A stretch of DNA of 64,000 nucleotides from NCBI RefSeq assembly GCF_009914755.1, contig NC_060937.1. The stretch is one strand, 5' to 3'. This DNA is from the human T2T-CHM13v2.0 reference genome, Homo sapiens. The notes beneath the pieces are model-generated. The model saw only the letters and a program-made list of their open reading frames with translations, was not told the DNA's origin and ran no database searches. Of the stretch, positions 56,461 through 64,000 are shown piece after piece. Positions within the stretch are counted from its first letter, which is position 1. Each line of letters begins with the position of its first letter. A program made the translations under genes and the position numbers.

Positions 56461-58884
56461 AAGGAAAATGAATATCAATATCTATCCCTTGGCTACTTTT
56501 TTCCCTGTATTTTTGGACCTTAATTATTTTTTCAAACATTTTTGACCTTTCTGGGCTAGAGGCATAGACTGCATATGATTTATCCTCCAGCCTACCTGTT
56601 TACACACTTTTGTCAAGCCCCCTAAAGCATGTCAACAAATAGCTCATTTACTCTTCTACCTGGGTAAGCCTTATTTTATCTATTTGCTTTTTCTGAATGG
56701 GTTTCTGTGAGCCTTTATGTGCAGAAATGTGTCTAATCACACACTGACTGGCAGAAATTAAGTATTTTCACCTAGATCATCTGATACTGGGTAACTATCA
56801 CAGTTGTTAGGCTTAACTAGCCACATTTACAGAGCAATCACACCAATAAAATAACTATCTCAGTTATCTTTTATTTGGTGGACACTGACCGACCTATGTC
56901 TTTTCCATCATCATCAGGATCATCATATTTTACACTTGCTAATAGTTGCAAACATTTATTAAATGTGTACTACGTTCCAGGCACTGTGCCTCACACTTTT
57001 CTCAGATGACCTCATTTAATCCCGGAGATGTATGTACTAACCCCCATTTTATAGGTGGGGAAAGCTTAGTGCAGCAGAATCGGAATTTGAATCCAGTTCT
57101 ACACAACACCAACACTGTTTCTGTTGAGCTATACTGCCTGTCAACTCTCGGATAACCAGTAGGGCCTATGACAATATCCTTTGTAGCAGTGGTAAGAATT
57201 TAGTGGGGAACAAGACGTGGGAATCATGGAACAGAATAACTCAATCAATCGGTCAATAAAAAAATTACTGAATGCCAACTATATTTCCAGCATTGTTTGG
57301 GATATAAGATAACAACAATGAACAACTGCTAAATTTAAGTTTCCACATTTTGTTATTCTTGTACTTAAATGGAAACAAAAAACATTCTTTAGACTCATGC
57401 AAGTACAGCACATTCAAACAGTAACTTCATTAAATTATTACATAAATTTGTGTGCTACTTTCCTCACTAGAATATAATCATTTGATACTGTTTTATAAAA
57501 TACATAAAATTTAAATGCCTCCTTGCCAACTAATTTCAGTTTAAGAAATAAGATTTTTTTATTTTAAAAAGTAAGCTGGCTTCTTCCGGAATCCAAGTAT
57601 CTCTTTTGGCTGGACAACAGCAGCTGCCCTGACAAAAAATTCCTTTCTGATGCACACTTAACGGATACCATTTGAGCAGGGGAGAGGTGATTCATTGTCC
57701 CTATGCATTTTGCATTTCCTTTTTATCATACACAACAGAATGCAGTTTTTGTAATACAGGGGGTTGTTCTTTTAGCTTCACCTTCAGTTCTAACGAACAA
57801 ACGTTAATTGAATTCACTACTTTCCTTTATAGATGTATATTTTATACTACAGTTTCTTCAAAAAGAATTTAAGATTTAAGATAACTAGTTCCTATGATCT
57901 GTAAGCCACATGAGTAGATGCTATAGGGTATATAGACATGAATGAGATCTAGCCTCTAACATAGTTTATTAAATAGGGGGAAAATCAGAAGTTCATGTAA
58001 GTAACTGGTAGAAAGATTAAATGAGCCATTGGAGGCTGGCCTAGGAACTTATCTATCACGTACAACATTTTTTTTTCTCCTTTGAGGGGGGGTCTCACTC
58101 TGTCACTTAGGCTGGAGTGTTATGGCACAATTGTAGCTCATTGCAGCATTGAATTCTGGGCTCCAGTGATCCTCCCACCTCAACCTCCCAGGTTGCTAGG
58201 ACTATAGGCATGCACCACCATACCCAGATAATTTTTTTCTATTTTTTTACAGAAAGGATCTCACTATGTTGCCCAGGCTGGTCTTGAACTCCTAATCCCA
58301 AGCCATCCTGTCATCTCAGCCTCCTAAGTGCATATACAACATTATTTCTATCAAAGTCCAAAAAACTAACTTCTATTCATTAGAAATGCTCATCACTTAC
58401 ACTCTGGAGACCATCTGTATTGAGTTTCTTCATTTATTTTACTAGTAAACCAAATTTAATGCCAAGCAAGAGGACACTCATTTCTCTTTTAGACTTAAAT
58501 GGTAAATTTCTTACCCAAAGAAAAGGGGAAGAACAGAGAACAAAGACCAACCATGTGTTAAGAAAAAAACACAAGTCTCTTAAATATATTCCTTGAATGT
58601 TCTTCCCATCTCCTGAACAATCACTAAATCACTTCAATAAGTTATTTTATAAATGCTATCTCCTCTTCTAGATAGCAAGCTGCCTAGGGACAGGAACCAG
58701 TATGTCTTTATGTAATAGCATAGAGATACACTGCAAATGGTAGGTGATTAATAATGTTCTAACCCAAATTAGGGGCTAATCTGGACCTCTGGATTCATGT
58801 AATCGGTAATACTCACCTCCCATTATCTCACAGAATGCAACATTTCAAGAGGGAAACTGAACCACAACTAGCAATCTCAACAAC

Positions 58885-59265
58885 TGTAGTGTGGTATGTC
58901 CCCCACCAGGTTACTGTGTATGTGTGTTGCTTGAACCCTGAAGGCTGGGCAGGGAGCCAAGGCCACAGTGCCTAGCTGAGGAGCAGGTGTCCCTGAGAAC
59001 CCAAACATCCCAGGGCATACCTCAAAACATATCAAGGAAAACAGTCTCATCGTGCACACACAGTAGGCAAACAGCCAGAATATAAGCTTAAAAGCAGCTT
59101 AGAGATAAGAGGCAGGGTGACTCTACAGCTGCCCAGAAATGTCCAGTAGGTAAGTTCTAGTAAACTCATCTATTCATCAAGCTGGACTTGCCCAAATTAT
59201 TCTTTGGTCTCTCGATGCCTTCCCAATTTGGGGGGACGTTATAGTCCCGAGTTTTCCTTCTAACA
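58885..59265 (+). mobile_element. Solo LTR (ERVL, LTR47-like; family tentative)
   Basis: TG...CA-bounded; contains gaaccctgaagg...gaggagcaggtgtccctgagaacccaaacatccc and agtaaac. Confidence 0.55.
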
Positions 59266-59406
59266 ACCGCCACATTCATCATTCGGATCCAGGCCAATGA
59301 CAGGAGGGAATATTAAAATATCCGACTATTACACCATCAAAACCTTCAGGACATCTTGTAAAGATGGAATATTTCTCCACCTGAGAAACAGTTATTCTTA
59401 ACAAAC

Positions 59407-59479
59407 CTGTTCAGGTGCTTCTTTAGTAACTGTCGTCACGTCAAAACTATTACATCTCTTCCCCTTGAATATGTTTTTC
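59407..59479 (-). pseudogene. MRPS31P5: MRPS31-like pseudo-exon (KNIFKGKRCNSFDVTTVTKEAPE)
   Basis: Resembles MRPS31 [24 protein letters not shown]; 73 nt, one base short of keeping frame with the next exon. Confidence 0.85.
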
Positions 59480-61192
59480 CTAAGACAAAAAAAAAAAAAG
59501 AATATTTTAATGAATATATTTTAAACTGTCAACAAAAATTATGAGAAAAAAATTTAAGTGAAATATTCTATGTAAAAATTCAAAATAATTCCACTGACGC
59601 ACATCAAACATCTTACCTAAATTGCCACATTTTTAGGACCGATAGACTAAAAACAGAAATGTGCACTTGAAGTTTTGCTTCATAATACAACAAATCAGTT
59701 ACAGCAACTTAATTTCCAAAATATCTAATTGAAAAGATTAGCTCAATTTGCCATAATTTTTATTTGTTCCCTTTTATATTAAGTTTTAAAAACTCTATGT
59801 TGTGAAAAACTATAAAACTATGCAAAAAAGAAGCTGTTGAAGTCGACATTTGTTTTTAAGGGCAGAAAACATTGCAATGTTTAATTACAAATTATAATTA
59901 CAAAAGATTGCATAGGTAAATCACAACATTCCCTTTCATAAAGCATTCTGTAAAATAACTTTCTTTACATGACGATTTTTAATTAACTATTGAAATTAAT
60001 ATCAGAGTTAATAAGTAACATTGTCTTGCAAACTTGATATGCTTTATGCATCAATTTACATATTTACTTGAATAAACTTACTGGCAGATTAAAATCCAGT
60101 TTATAAACTGGAGGGTTAATTTTAAAAATAATTTCAAATTCTTTTTTTATGGACTAAGTTACTTTTCTCTACTAAATAGAACTGGAAAAAATGCAAATAC
60201 CATATGAACGTTAAATAATGTGATCTCAAGTCATACAAGTTTTCCTCTAGCAGGTTCCTAAGTTATTTGTAAACAAAGGTTTTTATGCCAGAATTTTCCT
60301 CAGTGCCTTGCATTCTTCTCCCTCAACCGAACATCCGGTGAACAGGATGGTGGATTAAAGCAAGTCACAGCAGAGAGGAAATGCCTTGGTAAAGCACTGA
60401 ACTTCAAAAGAGGAATGTACAACAGAGAAAGGGAATGGACATTTGCTGAGCACCTACTATGTACCAGATAGTTTATACGTGGTTTCTTTTCTATTCCTCA
60501 AGAAAGCCATTTAAGCTAGGTTTCACTTTCAGCATTTTACAGCTGGGGAAACAGGCTGATGAAGGCTATAAAAGGTGCCCCGGTCACAGAATTAGTCAGT
60601 GGCAGTGCCAACATTCTGAGAAAGGCCAGTGTGAACTGTCAATTTCCAACAGAAGCAATAAGTCCAGGCCTGGGTTGTCTGGGGTTGATACCTCAGACCC
60701 TGCCCAAGTCATATCAGGGTGAACAACTTGGCATCTCACCATTGCTTCCCCTTACTCCCCTTTAGCTGGCTTTTTAACACACTGAAGGCACAGGAACCCC
60801 TTTCCTACTTTTTTAGTTTCTCCTTTGCCACCTAATTTTTAAAATATTAAATATCAAATCTAATACTAAAAATCAAATATGCCATCCCGATGTAGCTGCA
60901 CAGTATTATATGCAAGCTGAATGATTCAGTTAAATTTTCTCCAGTATTAACTGACTCAGTTAAATATTCTTAAGTAAAACTCCAAGAGCACTTTCTACTT
61001 TATTCAATAATATGTAACAGATAAGAAATCACTTTAAATTAGTAATTCAAATAATATTCCAAAGTCACCATAAATTATTGAACTTTGTGTGTTAACTGCT
61101 AACCACCTTTTCCAACTTTCCTGTATAAATCAGTAATTTAACACCCAGGAGTTAACTCAAGTGCCTGATTTTACTTAAAACAAATCCACGGA

Positions 61193-61560
<368 letters not shown>

Positions 61561-61576
61561 CTATAAAGACAGGTTA

Positions 61577-64000
<2,424 letters not shown>

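Overview
This is primate (very likely human, 13q14.3-type) genomic DNA, rich in Alu, L1, LTR and DNA-transposon repeats, with three genes on the minus strand. They are the 5' end of the NIMA-related kinase NEK5 (CpG island ~7.4-8.2 kb, first coding exon 6199-6315), the complete NEK3 gene (CpG island ~38.0-38.6 kb, 15 coding exons 35022->11975, polyA signal ~11495), and three decayed exons of an unprocessed MRPS31 pseudogene (MRPS31P5-like; 63239->54464). Gene identities come from recognising the translated exons; no database was searched. The main sequence-level result is that this haplotype has only 7 A at the end of NEK3 exon 10. Including exon 11 then frameshifts into a TAG, while skipping it gives an in-frame 489-aa protein instead of 506 aa. 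Other observations: three candidate NEK5 first exons with different translational outcomes (one a 57-aa in-frame N-terminal extension), an RFX X-box, two NEK3 uORFs, a stop-free in-frame 87-nt intron, a perfect 25-bp hairpin inside an Alu monomer, and a pseudogene with a rebuilt 3' end. I found no evidence for a wholly new biological system; the findings are variants and regulatory hypotheses at a known locus. Repeat family names and boundaries are by eye and approximate.
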